Positions 1 through 12,682 are shown, counted from the stretch's first letter. The stretch: DNA of 64,000 nt from Lama guanicoe (GCA_013239625.1 MU054132.1:1118001-1182000); one strand, 5' to 3'. Notes: generated by a model not told the origin, from the letters alone. A program made the numbers and translations.

Positions 1-249
1 ATAAATAGCAAGTCGAAATCTGTTCTGCTCTGTAAGTTGCCAAAGATCACCATTATATTGAATAAAACCATCATGAAGCAGCACGGGTTTATAACCTGTG
101 ATTCAGCTCAAATGCTGCAAGGACACAGGGCCATTTAAAACAACCCCCACATAAAAAGTCCACATCATTGCTCCTGTACATGAGGGTTACCTGGAGGTCA
201 CCAGCAGCACTTCTGGAAGCAGAGATTTTTTTTTTTAAAGCTATTCTAA

Positions 250-1110
250 TAGACTGTGGTTGTTTTTCAGTCCCTAATAACTAAGGATGTTGAGCAACCG
301 TTCATGTGTTTACTTGCCATTCTTTCATTTTCTTTGGTGAGTTAAATGGTCAATTTTTGGACTATTTTTTAATTGCATCGTTTATTTTCTTATTACTGAA
401 TTTTGAGGATTCTTTATTTTTCTAAATATCAACCCTTACAGACAAATTTTGCAAATATTTTCCCCCATGAATGTATGAGAAAATACATCCAAGAAATGTA
501 TTTTCATTTTCTTAACTGACTTTTCAACAGCAAAAGCTTTAAATTTGATTAAGTCTAATTTATTTCTTCCTTCATGATTTCACGCTTCTGGTGGGGTTTC
601 CAAGAATTTTTTGCCTAATTCAAGGTCACAGAATTTTCTCCTACATTTTCCTCTAGAAGTTCAATAGTTTTCAAATTTAGGTTTCATATTGAGGCCTATG
701 ATAAATTCAGAGTTAAATTTTTTATGTGGTATAAGATATGAGTCTAGGTTCATATTTTTGCACATAGACATTTAACTGTTCATTTATTCCACTGATTCCT
801 GTGCACCTTTATTGAAAATCAATTGACCACATCACATGTGGGTCCATTTCTGGACTCTCTCTTCTGTTCCACTGACCTGTGCCAGTACCACACTGTCTTG
901 ATTACTGTATTTCTACAAAGTCTTGAAATTAGGTCACATGAGTCCTCCAAATTAGGTCTTCTTCAAAATTGTTTTGGTTATATTAGTGTCTTTGCTTTTC
1001 CATATAAATTTTAGAATCAGTTGTTGATTCACCAAAAATAATAATAATAACAATCCTGATGAGATCTTGATTGCGACTGCAATAACTCTATCAGTAGGTC
1101 AATTCAAGGA
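250..1110 (-). mobile_element. Old L1 ORF2 fragment
   Basis: T-rich antisense L1 motifs such as ccctaataactaaggatgttgagca, gtgccagtaccacactgtcttgattactgta and ttccatataaattttagaatcagttgtt. Confidence 0.85.
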
Positions 1111-1739
1111 CGTACAACCTTTTCCAAAAGGCTCTGACTACATCTAACATTTCAGCAACCTGCCCAGCTCTGCAGATGGTCTACCAAGCCAAGAGGTTTC
1201 TACAAATTACTCTTAAGAACTTCATAGACATTTTTCATAAGACAAGTAAAAATCCAGAACGTATGCTACTAAAATGTCAAATGCAAGATTTTACTTTGGA
1301 AGATAGCAAACTACAAAGCCCTACCCTCTGGGTCCCAGAAATCCATGGCAGAAACCTTTCATATAAACTTATTGAAAAGATCATTCATTCTGTTATCTCA
1401 GATAACAGAGGAACAACTAAAGGGAACAATGTAAAAGAACAAGACAGACTGAAAAGAGAGTGTCTATTAACTGGAAGAGGAAAATAAAGGAATAAAAGAT
1501 AACAGACTTTTATTAAATACCCAGCCTGCACCAAGCGCCAAACTAGGGCTTCACATATTGTGTTTTACTGATCCAGAGAGATGCCAAATATGTTCTACCC
1601 CGTATTTGGGATGTAAATATGGCCATACATATTTGGCATAAATAAATTCCCTTTTACCCCTACACAGTAAGCTTATAAAATTTATTTTTCCTAGCTCAAG
1701 AAATAATGCATAATTTAAAAAATATGCCTCACTTTAAAA

Positions 1740-2330
1740 TGCAAATTGGAAATAAAATAAAATGAAGACTATAGGAAAAGGCAAATTACAAAAATACTAC
1801 CATATTTTGGCCATGAGAGTGATAAAATCTTCTTAAAATTTGGTAACAGCCAGCGTTGGCAAAGGTGTAGGAAAGTAGGTTATTTCATAAACCACTGGAG
1901 GAATATAAATTGAAGCAACCTCTTTATGAGAAAATTTGGTAGTCTATCAAATTTTGAAACATCAGCTTAATCCATTTTAGATACGCAGTTCACAAAAAGA
2001 CATGAAAGTACACAAAAATCAATGTAAACAGGATGTTTATTATGGTATTGTTTTAAAAGTAACAAATGCCCACCAGTAGATTCACTAAACTGTGAAATAG
2101 TATGCAACCATTAAAAGAAATAAAGTAGCTCTTAGTGCACTAATATGGAGAGATGTCAAAGACACAGCAGGAAAAAAAAAAAGCAAATATGACATAATAG
2201 CATTATAAGAAACAATATACATAAATAACCAGAAAAAATATGGGAAAAAATATACCAAACACCATTGGTAACCACTGGTAAGGAATGAAATGTGAGGAAT
2301 CAGAGTTGGGGATAAAAAGGAAGACTTTCA
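1740..2330 (+). mobile_element. Old L1 (L1ME-like) 3' fragment
   Basis: Degenerate L1 3' motifs: gttggcaaaggtgtaggaaag, gaatataaattg, atgcaaccattaaaag. Confidence 0.6.
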
Positions 2331-2983
2331 CAGACAGAAAGTCCTGTTTTAACTGAGCACCTTCAACAGTGGGCAGTAAGCCAACTGAAGCACACCAGCC
2401 AGCTGCAACACACAACCACAAGTAGTTAGAAAGGGCAGAAGAGATTGCTAAAGTAAAGTAATAAAAGATCTAGAAATCAAGGATAGACCCCAGTGGACCA
2501 GAAATTACAACGAATATCCAAGAAAATGTAGCAAACAGACCACACAGAAGGAGAAACCCAGCACAAAGAGGGCACAGGAAGACAGGACTCCGAAGCACTC
2601 TACGCTCAGAGACGGCAGGGACTACAGGACTACGTTAAAAGCCTCCAGGCCAGTCCCCACTCCCCCTACACCTTCCTTCCCTCACCCCATAGCAGTCAGC
2701 TTTGTGCCAGACCCAAGATGGAAGAAGAGGATGCTATCTCACTGGGTGAGTGGTGATATCTAGAGGGGCGGGGAGCCCCACATCGCACCTGACAGCACTG
2801 TGACATCCCTGCCAGAGGCAGCTGGTACCAAACAGTCTTGTATCACCAGGAACCTCAATAGATGGTATTGCCAAATAACTAAGGGAACCTCCTACCAAAA
2901 AGAAGGGCCTCACATTCAAAGAGAATAACCACCCAGAGAAACAATGTTGATATAGCAAATAGGAGACTTCAAAAGAAATATGC

Positions 2984-3111
2984 GGTGGGGGGGCATAGTT
3001 CAGCGGTAGAGTACATGCTTAGCATGTACGAGGTCCTGGGTTCAATTCCCAGTACCTCCATTAAAATAAACAAACAAACAAACAAACAAATAAAATGCTT
3101 TGTTTAAAAAA
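2984..3111 (+). mobile_element. tRNA-derived camelid SINE (Vic-1-like)
   Basis: G-rich start, A box TAGTTCAGCGG, B box GGTTCAATTCC and an A-rich tail. 13-bp TSD AAAAGAAATATGC at 2971-2983 and 3112-3124. Confidence 0.92.
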
Positions 3112-3269
3112 AAAAGAAATATGCCACTTCCCTCAAAAGTATAAAAAATATCACAATCTGAAAAACAAAAGCAACCCCCTAAATGAAGTGAGTTATCTAA
3201 TGATTAACAAATCCTTTTTCAAGTTAGATGGTTTCCAATTCTTTGCTTTCATCAAAATTGAAAGACATC

Positions 3270-3348
3270 AATAAGTATATGTGTACCTGAATCACTCTGC
3301 TGTACACCTGAAACACTGAAAATCAACTACACTTCATTAAAGAAAAAC
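3270..3348 (+). mobile_element. Short L1 3' terminus
   Basis: ctgaatcactctgctgtacacctgaaacactgaaaatcaactacacttca followed by an A-tail, flanked by an imperfect AATTGAAAGA direct repeat. Confidence 0.7.
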
Positions 3349-3369
3349 AATTGAAAGAGGTCATAATGA

Positions 3370-4080
3370 AGTTATCTGATAGGACATAAATAATTTTTAA
3401 TAATATTGAGTTGTGGAATTCTTGGCATATAACTCAAAGAACTCAAGACATTGCCATAATAAAGCTTCCATTCTGACATACTTCTCTACATGAATAGGGT
3501 TTTTTTGGCTATTATTGTCTATAAAAATAATAGGCATAAAAACTCTCAAATCTTTTTCATCTTAGCAAAGTTATTCACAGATTTATGGTTTAATCAAGGA
3601 AAATAACAGGACCCATCGTCTTATTATAAAAATATTTCCAATCAAATTCAACTTTCACGGTTGGGAATAATTTATCAAAAATTGTGATATATGTGACCAA
3701 CTGAATACTACTAGTAATTGTAATGATAAATTTTTTCTGGACCAAGTTAACACTTAAGGGTCTTATGATTACAGGAATTTTTTAAATTAAAATTTAAGTT
3801 TACATACACATTTGTTACAGAAACATGACAACTTAAGAAGAAAAGTCAAGAAAAACTCAAGAAATAAATGGCAATGGGAATCAAAATGCTATATATTTAG
3901 AAGCATTTGGGTATGTTTAAATGAGTGATATAACTATTATTTTTATGTGGCAAAAGGAAAACATTCTGAAAAGTACATGCTTTGTAACTTCTGCTGAAAA
4001 ATTTAGATCAACTTAACTGTACAAAAGGCACAAAACTTTTCAAAATTCTTACGAGTATGTGACTAAGAAGTTTCAAGACA
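3370..4080 (+). mobile_element. hAT-Charlie DNA transposon remnant (transposase C-terminus and 3' end)
   Basis: The decayed sequence at 3420-3600 resembles the coding region for the Charlie 'LLPF.STYLCE.GFS' dimerisation motif. The right boundary is uncertain. Confidence 0.5.
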
Positions 4081-4469
4081 GCTACTTTAGACCAATGCAG
4101 AAGTGTACAAAGGATTTGTATGTTCTGGGAGAAAATTTTCCAAGATATAAAGTAAAAAGAGCAAGTTATAAAAATAAAAACAATGCATACAGTTGGATCC
4201 CGTTTGTTTAAAACTAAAGCTCATAAATTTCTGGCTGCTTGTAAATGTTTATACGTTTGTAAATACATAGTATATAATGCTAAAAACTCTAACTGCTCTT
4301 GAGAAATTAATAGGTAAGTGAGAGTCAAGAGATTTTCACTTATTTAAATTTTAATTTTTTAAACAAAAATTTTTATCGTAGAGTAGTTTTAAATTTATAG
4401 AAAAATTGTGATGGTAGTACAGAGATTCCCATATACACACACCCAGTTCCCCCTATTAGGAAAAGACAG

Positions 4470-5010
4470 CTGTGCTGTTTCCAAAGCAAAGGCAAATCAA
4501 TGCACCACTACAAATTATCATTACCAATCTTTACTTGCCCAAACATTCCCTGTCCACTCACTCCTTACTCTCTGCAATGTCTATTCTAAATCATCCCTGT
4601 TCTCTTCAAATCTTCAACCCCTCCCACCTTCATTTCTCAGCATACGACCTCACCCCTTTCAAAGAAGATATGAACCCATCAGAAGAGACTTCCTGCTCTT
4701 TCTACCACCACATACCTAAACCTAAAGCATCTGCTGCAAAACGCTCCTGTCTCTACCTGTGCTTTGGATCCCATCCCTTCCTCCCAAAGACAAGACTCTC
4801 GTTTTCCCTCTATTCCTGAAGTCAGGTATTCTGCCCTCTCCTGCCCCACTCCTAAACCGCACAGCTCTCCATCTGCTCCTTTCTTTTGGCACTTAGCTAT
4901 CTTCCCTAGTGAACTGTAAACTCCCGGACGTCTTGAGTTAGGGATTCATTTTTTTTCTCCTTAATGACACAGTATTCTCAATAAATATTCGCTTAAGGGA
5001 TGAATAAGTG
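4470..5010 (+). mobile_element. L2 LINE fragment
   Basis: C/T-rich body ending in an L2 tail: actgtaaactcc...acacagtattctcaataaatattcgcttaagggatgaataa. Confidence 0.6.
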
Positions 5011-5280
5011 ATTGGAATAAATGTGACTGCCAGCGTGTGTATAAGGTGGCCGAATGTGATGTAAGGAGGGAGGGTGCAAATGCAGTAAGTCCTATAAGTT
5101 AATCTTAAATTTCTAAAAACAAAAAGTATGAGAGTATATTTTTAAAATACTTGAATTTTCTGATTTTCTTCTCTGTGAAGTTTTGGTTTTATAATCAGGG
5201 AAATAAAACTATTAACAGAAGACTTCAAACAAGAACACCACCAGAGACCACAGGTCATGTGCAAAGTCACCTATTTCCTT

Positions 5281-5397
5281 GTTTTTTTTTTTAAATTTAA
5301 TTTAATTTAATTATTTTTAGTAGCGGCACTGGGGACTGAACTCAGGACCTCATGCATGCTAAGCAGGCACTCTACCACTGAGCTACAATCCCCCCCA
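5281..5397 (-). mobile_element. Vic-1-like SINE
   Basis: Reverse complement reads GGGGGGGATTGTAGCTCAGTGGTAGAGTGCCTGCTTAGCATGCATGAGGTCCTGAGTTCAGTCCCCAG. A CTATTTCCTT direct repeat sits at 5271-5280 and 5404-5413. Confidence 0.92.
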
Positions 5398-6639
5398 CTT
5401 CTACTATTTCCTTTTTTTCAGGACCAGGAGATGCCATCTACATGAGGGGAGGGAGGAATACTGCTGTGGTTTCACTGAGCAATCTTGACATAAAGATGTC
5501 TGCACCATTTCCAGAATAAGAAATTTAACGATAACGAACAAATGTTCCTTCCAACCCACTTGGAGTCTATGCTTAGGAACAATAGAACTTTTCCATCTGA
5601 GGGAAAAGGGTTTTTTAAAAAAAAAGCACATAGAAGATGGCTGGGTTAGGATTGTGTTTCCGGGTAGGATGTTGTAAAGATTTTTGGTATCTTTGCCCTA
5701 TGCAGCCCTCAGTTTCTCAGCTACAGAAAGAACCTGACACATTAACCTCTTAAGAGATCTCTGCTTTTGTTTTATACTAGGGTACATTATTATAAACTAC
5801 AGTTGTTAGTACTATTTTTCTTTTCCAAAAAGAAACTCAGTTAAGAGGTAGAGTATATCCAAGTCAGATAGCAATTATTTTTGCAAAAATACCATTCTAA
5901 TTTTATGCACATAAAATATGCATAGATTATGCATGAGATATAAACTTCCCCAAATATGGTCAATGAGACTATGAGACTATTAAGAGGGTTTAAGATTAGA
6001 CACTTACACGTTCCTAAATGAATACCTACTACTTTAGTTTGCAGACACGATTGTTAGTCTGCACATTAACAAAATCTAATCCTGAACAAAATGATTTTAA
6101 TACAGTAACAAAATGATTTCAATTCAGTTTAACAAGCAGTGATTGTACATTTACCATGTGCCACAAGCAGCACTCTCTCTTTAACACAGATCTAACCATG
6201 ATTCCCAGTCCCTCCTCAGCCCCCACAGATGGTGAGACTGCATGATCTCACTGCATGTGCTTCTCCATGGCTCCATCTTGTCATCTGTCTCACTTGTCAC
6301 TCTGACCTCTGGTTTCTTACCACTAAGCAATCTGAGGTTGCTGGTACACTCTGAACTATTCTGTGCCTCTCTGCTTTTGCTAACTGTGTCATTCTGCAGG
6401 AATATAAAAATAAACAAAATGCTATCCCTATTTTAGAGTAACTTAAGTGTGAGACAACAAATAGTTTAATTATGATCTTACAAGTGCCATGAAAAAGAAT
6501 GATTCAGGGGAGAAAGGCACTTACCAAAGAGAAGATGAAAAGACAGAGATGGGGGTGCAATTGATGTGCAGATGGGGGCGGGGATGCAAGTCAGGGAATG
6601 TTCCTGGAAGATTACATCTAAACCCAATCTTGAAGGACT

Positions 6640-6920
6640 GCAGAACACCAACTTCAGCCAAAATTATCATCAACTTCCAGATGTGTATCTCCAGCCAGAA
6701 CTTTGCTCTCGACTCCAGACTCTCTTACCTAGCTGCCGACTGCTCTTCACCACTATCTTCTCCACTGTCACATAACTCACATGCAACATGTCCCAAACTG
6801 AATTCATTACCTCTCCCTCAAAAGCTACTCTTTCCACAGCCTTCCCAATCTCATGTGATGATAATTCCTTCCTTTCAGTTGTTCAGGCCCAAACCTTTGG
6901 AGTCATCCTGGACTCATTCT
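6640..6920 (+). mobile_element. L2 LINE fragment
   Basis: Typical L2 motifs: tatctccagccagaac, caacatgtcccaaactgaattc, gttcaggcccaaacctttggagtcatcctggactc. Confidence 0.8.
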
Positions 6921-6929
6921 TGGCAATGT

Positions 6930-7460
6930 AAAGTCCTGTGCCTTAAAAGGAGCAGCTGGCTGGTGTAGTGTGGGTTAAAGTTGGATGGAAGTGAGTTCAA
7001 GAGGGAATGAGAGGAAAGGAATTGGAATCAGATAGTAGACACATCTTTTTCAAAGAAGGAGCAGAATTTAAAAAGTAAATGAGATGGACATGGGATTGAG
7101 ATAGGTTTTTTTTTTTCCTTAGGGGAGAGAAATATTGCGGTATGTTTAAAGCTGATGGATGACCCAGGAGAGGAACTGATAATGCAGGTGGCAGAGGAGA
7201 CCACTGCTACAGTAGTGCCCTGGAGTGAGAGCATGAGCAGTTCACTCACAACAGTAAGAATAAGAGCAGAGAAAGGAGCACAGACAAAAGCAGGTCAGGA
7301 GCAGATGGGATGGAGGTAGGGGGTGGTGCTATGCATGAATTCTCTTCTGATTGAGTTTATTGATTATCTGTTCTAAATGTCATCAACTGAGAACATGAAT
7401 AGGAAAGCAAGTGCTGGGGGTTTGAACAGAGAGAAGATGTGACATAGTTGTTAGGAAAGA
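6930..7460 (-). mobile_element. L2 LINE fragment (antisense, purine-rich)
   Basis: GA-rich sequence such as gttggatggaagtgagttcaagagggaatgagagg and gacacatctttttcaaagaag, resembling antisense L2. Confidence 0.6.
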
Positions 7461-7634
7461 GCAGAGTTCTCAAGTTCAGGCTCTTAATGCAAGTAAGAGT
7501 CTCATTTACATTTCCTGAACATAATATTTATATGTCTAATAATTCTGGGCTTTTGAGTTAAATAAGTGGATATTTAGTTTTGAAAAACATATCTATGAGA
7601 CATGAAATCAAGCAGAAAGTATGCATTCATGAAG

Positions 7635-7880
7635 ATGGAATGGTTTCATAGAAAGAACATGGCGTTTAAAATCATAAGATCTGGGTTCAGGTTGTGGTTC
7701 TGTCACTACTAACTAAATGATCAAATGCAATTCCCTTGTGCTTTCAAAGCCTTGATAACTTCACCTGAAAGAGAGGGTAATACCTAACTCCCATGGTTAT
7801 CATGAAGACTAAATGCAGTGGTACTGGAGGCAGTACTGTGGCAACTGCATAGTGTTAAGTAAATGTTAACTATTATTGTT
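7635..7880 (+). mobile_element. MIR SINE
   Basis: gatctgggttcaggttgtggttctgtcactactaact...taatacctaactcccatggttatcatgaagactaaatg. Confidence 0.7.
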
Positions 7881-8279
7881 TCTTTGTTATTTAACTGTAG
7901 ATTGATCAACTAATTGATTTATCTATAGATCAACTGTAGATCACTAAACAATAAAGTATCTTTGAGAGAACAGTGAAAACTTTCTCAGCGAAATACATAT
8001 AGCACTGAAAACAAGACAAGTTTTAAAACTAGTCACATGTTCTGAGATATAAAGATACTAAAATTTACTTTGTTTTCTTAATCACTTCTCCTACAAGAAG
8101 ATCTCAGAGTCCCACAGCTGGCAAGTCAATTTGGCAGAGAAGGGATGTAGCAAGAAGCTGAGAGGTTATGTGTACTGTGAAGAAGACAGCCACAGTGAGT
8201 CAGCTTTGGGCAAAATGGGGAGAATTCACTGTGCTCTCAATGCAAGGCCGCCTCCTTGTGCAAGTCAGGCCTGTGCCAA

Positions 8280-8298
8280 CATCGCCCTCTGGTGGCTG
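8280..8298 (-). promoter_or_regulatory. CTCF motif
   Basis: Minus strand CAGCCACCAGAGGGCGATG matches the CTCF core CCA(C/G)(C/T)AG(A/G)(G/T)GGC(G/A) exactly. It lies in non-repeat, GC-elevated sequence. Confidence 0.65.
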
Positions 8299-9369
8299 AT
8301 GAAGTTGGTTGCAAAGCTCTGCAAGAGAAGGCCCCAGTCAGCTGGACAAGGAAAAGCTCTGCAGTATCTGGTTATCACCCTTGCCAGGACTGACTTAGTT
8401 AAAAAAATAAAATAAAATAGAAACATCACTATCCAAAGAGTGCTATTACATGTAACCCAATTAACTGCCCTTTCTATATCTAGACTCGGAAACCCGATAA
8501 TTTCCACTGTTGGCCTAAGTGAGCCTGCTATAAAATTGTACCAAGAGCACCGGTGATGACTTACTGAACCTCATCTAACAACAAACTCGAAGTTGGGTGT
8601 ATAATAACATAAGGAAGTCTAGGGCCCTTCCATCACTTCTGAAGAAGTAGTCAGAAGAAAAAATATCTCATTTAGAAAGTTCCCAGGCAAAACACAAGCA
8701 CAAAATCTATCATTTTGTCAAAAACCATCATTTGATAATCTATAAAAATCAGACCCATATAAGAGAAGGCCCTATTCACAGAGAACTCACTCACTGCACC
8801 AGATTTCTACAAGACCAAATAAGAAAGTTCTTTTCCTTTCTTCTTCAATGTCTCTGAACAGCCACCTCTCCTCCTCCCATTTATCCTTAGACAAGCCTTC
8901 TATAAACAAGGTAGTATGGGGGAAAAATAAGCAATTTATAATTTAGTTAATTATAACTATAAGCTTTGTATTATTCTTTTTGAACAGTTGGTAAATCCAT
9001 GTGTGTGAATCCAACTGGCCCAAAAGTAAGTCTCCCCCCAAACCCTACATTCTAGCCAGCCAGTTCTTCGTAGAAATCACTGTTAACAACTTTGAGAGCA
9101 GCCTTTCTAAGCTAATGAACTTTTAATTACAGGTTATTCACATATTAAATATTAGCAGGGAAAATCCAATAATTTTTTATAAGCAAAATAGTTTCAAAAA
9201 ACTTTCCTCTTTTTGGGTCAAGTTAATGGTACATAGATCAAGTCACCCAAGATGAACGACAAGAAAATCTACTGCTACTATCTCATCATCCTCACCCTCC
9301 TAAGCCGAGTCCAGGTGGTGGAAGCAGTGCACAGCTAAAGTAAAATTTTAAATAAAAAACAGCAGGCTT

Positions 9370-10020
9370 CCTACAGCTGTGACTGATGAAAAAGAGAAAA
9401 TCAACTCAAAGTAAGAAGAAGGAAGGAAGTATTAAAAGATACAAGCAGGAATTAGAAACAGAAAAATAATAGAAAAAAAACTGAAACCAAAAGCTAGATC
9501 TTTAAAAAGATAACTGATAAACCTCTATCCAGACTCTTCAAGAAAAAAGAGAGGACACAAATTACCAGTATAATGAATGAGACGGCATGACAAGAGAGCC
9601 TACAGACATTTAAAGAATTAGGTAATATTATAATTTTATCTCCATTAATCCAACAAATTAGAGGAAAAAGACCAACTCTTTAAAAGATACAAACTACCAA
9701 AGCTCACTTGAGAAGAAACAGAAAACCTAAACAGTTCATATCTCTTAGAGAAATTAAATTCATTGCTAAAAACCTGACAAAGCAAATTCCAGACCTAAAT
9801 GGCTTCATGATGAAGTCTATCAAACATATTATAGAAGAAAACATCAATTCTGCACAAACTGTTGTAGAAAACAGAATAAGAGGGAATATTTCCCAACTCA
9901 TTTTATGATGTCAGCATGACCTCAATTCTAAAACTGGACAAAAGCCTCACAAGGAAGCAAGAGACCATAGCCCACATGCACACAGATGCAAAAATCCTCA
10001 ATCAAATGTTAGCAAATTTG
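9370..10020 (+). mobile_element. Old L1 ORF2 fragment
   Basis: ctgaaaccaaaagctagatctttaaaaagata, aaactaccaaagctcac, cccaactcattttatga, cagatgcaaaaatcctcaa. Confidence 0.85.
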
Positions 10021-10491
10021 ATCCAGTAATATATAAAAGCAGCAAATCTCTTTTAAAGGGTTTAATCCATTTTTTAATCCTGACCTGGGATTACTATTAA
10101 AGACAAGTGGCATCTGACTCCATTCTAAATTCAGTCTTGGTGTAAACAAAGAATTTGAAGTATCTAACTTTACAAAGCTACTTTCAAAGAAAAGGCACAG
10201 CAGACAGTTTATTTAGGAAATTAAGAGGTAGATTATACAGTAGTTGAGACATTACAGAAGAAATTTTAGGGCTAAGAGTAATCTACAACTTCAAGAACAC
10301 ATACTCAACTGAAGTATAATGAACCTACTACCTCTTTGGTTTCTAACAAAGAAATTTAGATAAAGAGAAAGATACTAGCTTATACTAAAAAAACTCAGTT
10401 GTTTCCTCAAAGGTTTCTAAGATTATGACCCAAAATATAACCCCTAATCTATTTTCTGAACTTATACATCCAGTTTGGCTTAATTACTTAC

Positions 10492-10714
10492 CTTCAACCT
10501 GGCTAGTGTCTGAGCATGGTTTCTTCTTTGACTCCGAATTCCCGGTTTTCTCATCAACATCCAAGAGAGGAATATAGTCTGTTTTTCCAACAGTTTCTCC
10601 CACAACATCATCAAAGGCCTCTGCCTCCAGTGTGGCAATAAAGTCCCGTTTTATCTCTTCCTCAATTTCTGGAGGTGGCTCTGTTAATGCATCTGCAAGA
10701 CTGAGGTCAGCCAT
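10492..10714 (-). CDS. MAP4: Microtubule-associated protein 4, first coding exon (N-terminal projection domain, aa 1-74, phase-1 end)
   Basis: The translation [74 protein letters not shown] matches the mammalian MAP4 N-terminus as I recall it. ATG at 10714 has a strong Kozak context (AGAATGG). The 223 coding nt end at the donor AAG|GTAAGT (GT at 10491-10490). Confidence 0.96.
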
Positions 10715-10733
10715 TCTGCACCACTTCAACTGC
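10492..10733 (-). other. MAP4: Full MAP4 AUG-containing exon (242 nt, including 19 nt of 5' UTR)
   Basis: Acceptor TTTTTTTCCCTTAACCAG|GCAG with AG at 10735-10734. A possible branch point GCTCAT lies about 30 nt upstream. The donor is a canonical GTAAGT. Confidence 0.9.
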
Positions 10734-11739
10734 CTGGTTAAGGGAAAAAAATATTTCATGTAATGAGCACTGCAAAGGGAAAAACACTTCTAGAAACTCT
10801 TGCCATTGTTTTACGCAAAAAAGGAATTTAAAATCCAAAATTTTAGAGCTAAAAGAGACTTCCTTGTTTTATAGATTAGAAAATTAAAGTTGAGTAATGG
10901 ACAGTCTTACCCAAGGTAAACACTTATTTTCTCACATCTCTGGGAGGTAAAACAGAGTCAAGTACCACTCCACCCTTTTCATTAATAAGAAAATGAAGTA
11001 TAAATATATATATATATATGTATCAATTTATCCAAAGTTATAGTCAGTAAGACTCACATCATGTCTTTTGATTTCAAGTCTTAAAACCCTTTCAACAATT
11101 CCATGTATCCATTTCTAAATCATATCCCAGAATAATTCTCAAAAATATACACAAAAAAGGTCAGGTTAGATTACATTCCTATTTAAAAACCAAAAAAAAA
11201 AAAAAAAGAAAAGGTTGCATTACTATCCGGCAAATGAAGTCACTTTTCTTTATCAGCAACTAGGAGTACGGGCTTTATCCTGTACAGGTTAAGTACTGTT
11301 TCTTCATGAATCACTTGGACACAGCTCTGTAAACCAAACTACACTTAGCCCTGCTGGCGTGAAAAATACGAACACCTGAATTACTTCCCTGAATTAGCTA
11401 GGGGAAGCAGTCCCTCTCTGTGTGAAGACAACCATCTTTACAGAACACCAGACTTTCGATTTTTAAACATAATCCGAAATTAAAAAGAATAATCTACTAC
11501 AGGCAAAACTGTTAAATGAATAACCAAGAAAATACAGAAATGCATAATATAATAAAGAGCTCTCAGTATATATATAGCACACTAGAAAATAAAAAAAGTG
11601 TGCAGGGTACTCTGCTTTCAAAGAGTCTAATTTAATAGAGACCCTAAAAGACTTTCAAAAGGATGAGTGGACATGTGAGCCATAATCTTGACCCGGTAAA
11701 TGTAAATCAAATAGCAACCCTCAACTGCATAGTATACTA

Positions 11740-12020
11740 TGCTTCAGCCTACTCAGAAATTTATTCTTCCTCATGTCCCCCCATACACACCAATGCTGGG
11801 TCAGGCACATGACTAGAGTATGGCCAATCAGAAGACAAAGTGAATGGTTAGAAAAGGCCCATTTCATGACTATATCCCAGAAGGAAGGTCCACAAGTGGC
11901 AGTTGTTCAGTTGCCCTGGTTATCTTCTTTCTCAAATCTAAGTGAGCAACTTTCCAATCTTTCTTTTGTTTAGTCAGTCCATTTCTGCTGCTTGCAACCA
12001 AAGAATCTCAACTAATATAC
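11740..12020 (+). mobile_element. MaLR (MLT1-type) LTR remnant
   Basis: gggtcaggcacatgactagagtatggccaatcaga ... ending in cttgcaaccaaagaatctcaactaatataca. Confidence 0.6.
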
Positions 12021-12398
12021 ATAGTCTTTCCCCAACTCTAATTTTTAAAAGCCAAAATTTACTGTCATTCAACCCACTTAATGGCCAGGCATTCCTTTCA
12101 AACTCCCCTCCACTGTCTACTTTTCTCCAACAAATGTAGTAACACACAGCAAAGAATACAGTCATTCTATCTTCATTTTTGTCCCTATACACTCTGCTCC
12201 TCCCACTTACACTATCTGTGCTACAAATATGAAATTCATAGGCCTTTTTCTTTCAGTTTCCTCCATAGGATGAAGCTGTGAGGCTACTACAACAAAACAC
12301 ACACGGAACAAATACTTCAAGACTCTTGAAAAACCAGAAGTCATCCTATCCCTAATGCCCAACCCAACACCTAAAAAGCTTTCCTGTATGTTTCAATG

Positions 12399-12682
12399 TT
12401 TTTTTTAACATTTTTTATTGATTTATAATCATTTTACAATGTTGTGTCAAATTCCAGTGTTCAGCACAATTTTTCAGTCATTCATGGACATATACACACT
12501 CATTGTCACATTTTTTTCTCTGTGAGTTATAACATTTTGTGTATATTTCCCTGTGCTATACAGTGTAATCTTGTTTATCTATTCTACAATTTTGAAATCT
12601 CAGTCTATCCCTTCCCACCCTCCACCCTCCTGGTAACCACAAGTCTGTATTCTCTGTCTGTGAGTCTATTCTGTCCTGTTGT
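12399..12682 (-). mobile_element. Lineage-specific L1 3' end, sense to MAP4
   Basis: A poly-T followed by ttttacaatgttgtgtcaaattccagtgttcagca...tttccctgtgctatacagt...ggtaaccacaagtctgtattctctgtctgtgagtct. Confidence 0.85.

Larger units (their letters stand above)
1..10491 (-). other. MAP4: MAP4 intron downstream of the AUG exon (partial)
   Basis: Begins with GTAAGT. I found no sequence encoding the expected next residues (TPSSKPTLLANG-like) before the window edge. Repeat-rich. Confidence 0.8.

Noticed and set aside
6489..6968. Longest ORF in the track (159 aa)
   Set aside because: It overlaps an L2 fossil, has no recognisable protein similarity, and is antisense to MAP4.
10200..10491. Read-through ...EGK* with a downstream minus-strand AATAAA (10213-10208) as a short isoform
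   Set aside because: The donor is a consensus AAG|GTAAGT, and AATAAA is frequent in AT-rich intron. There is no other support.
10715..10759. N-terminal extension [15 protein letters not shown] in ORF 10484..10759
   Set aside because: It runs through the polypyrimidine tract and acceptor. The MAP4 start is the Kozak ATG at 10714.
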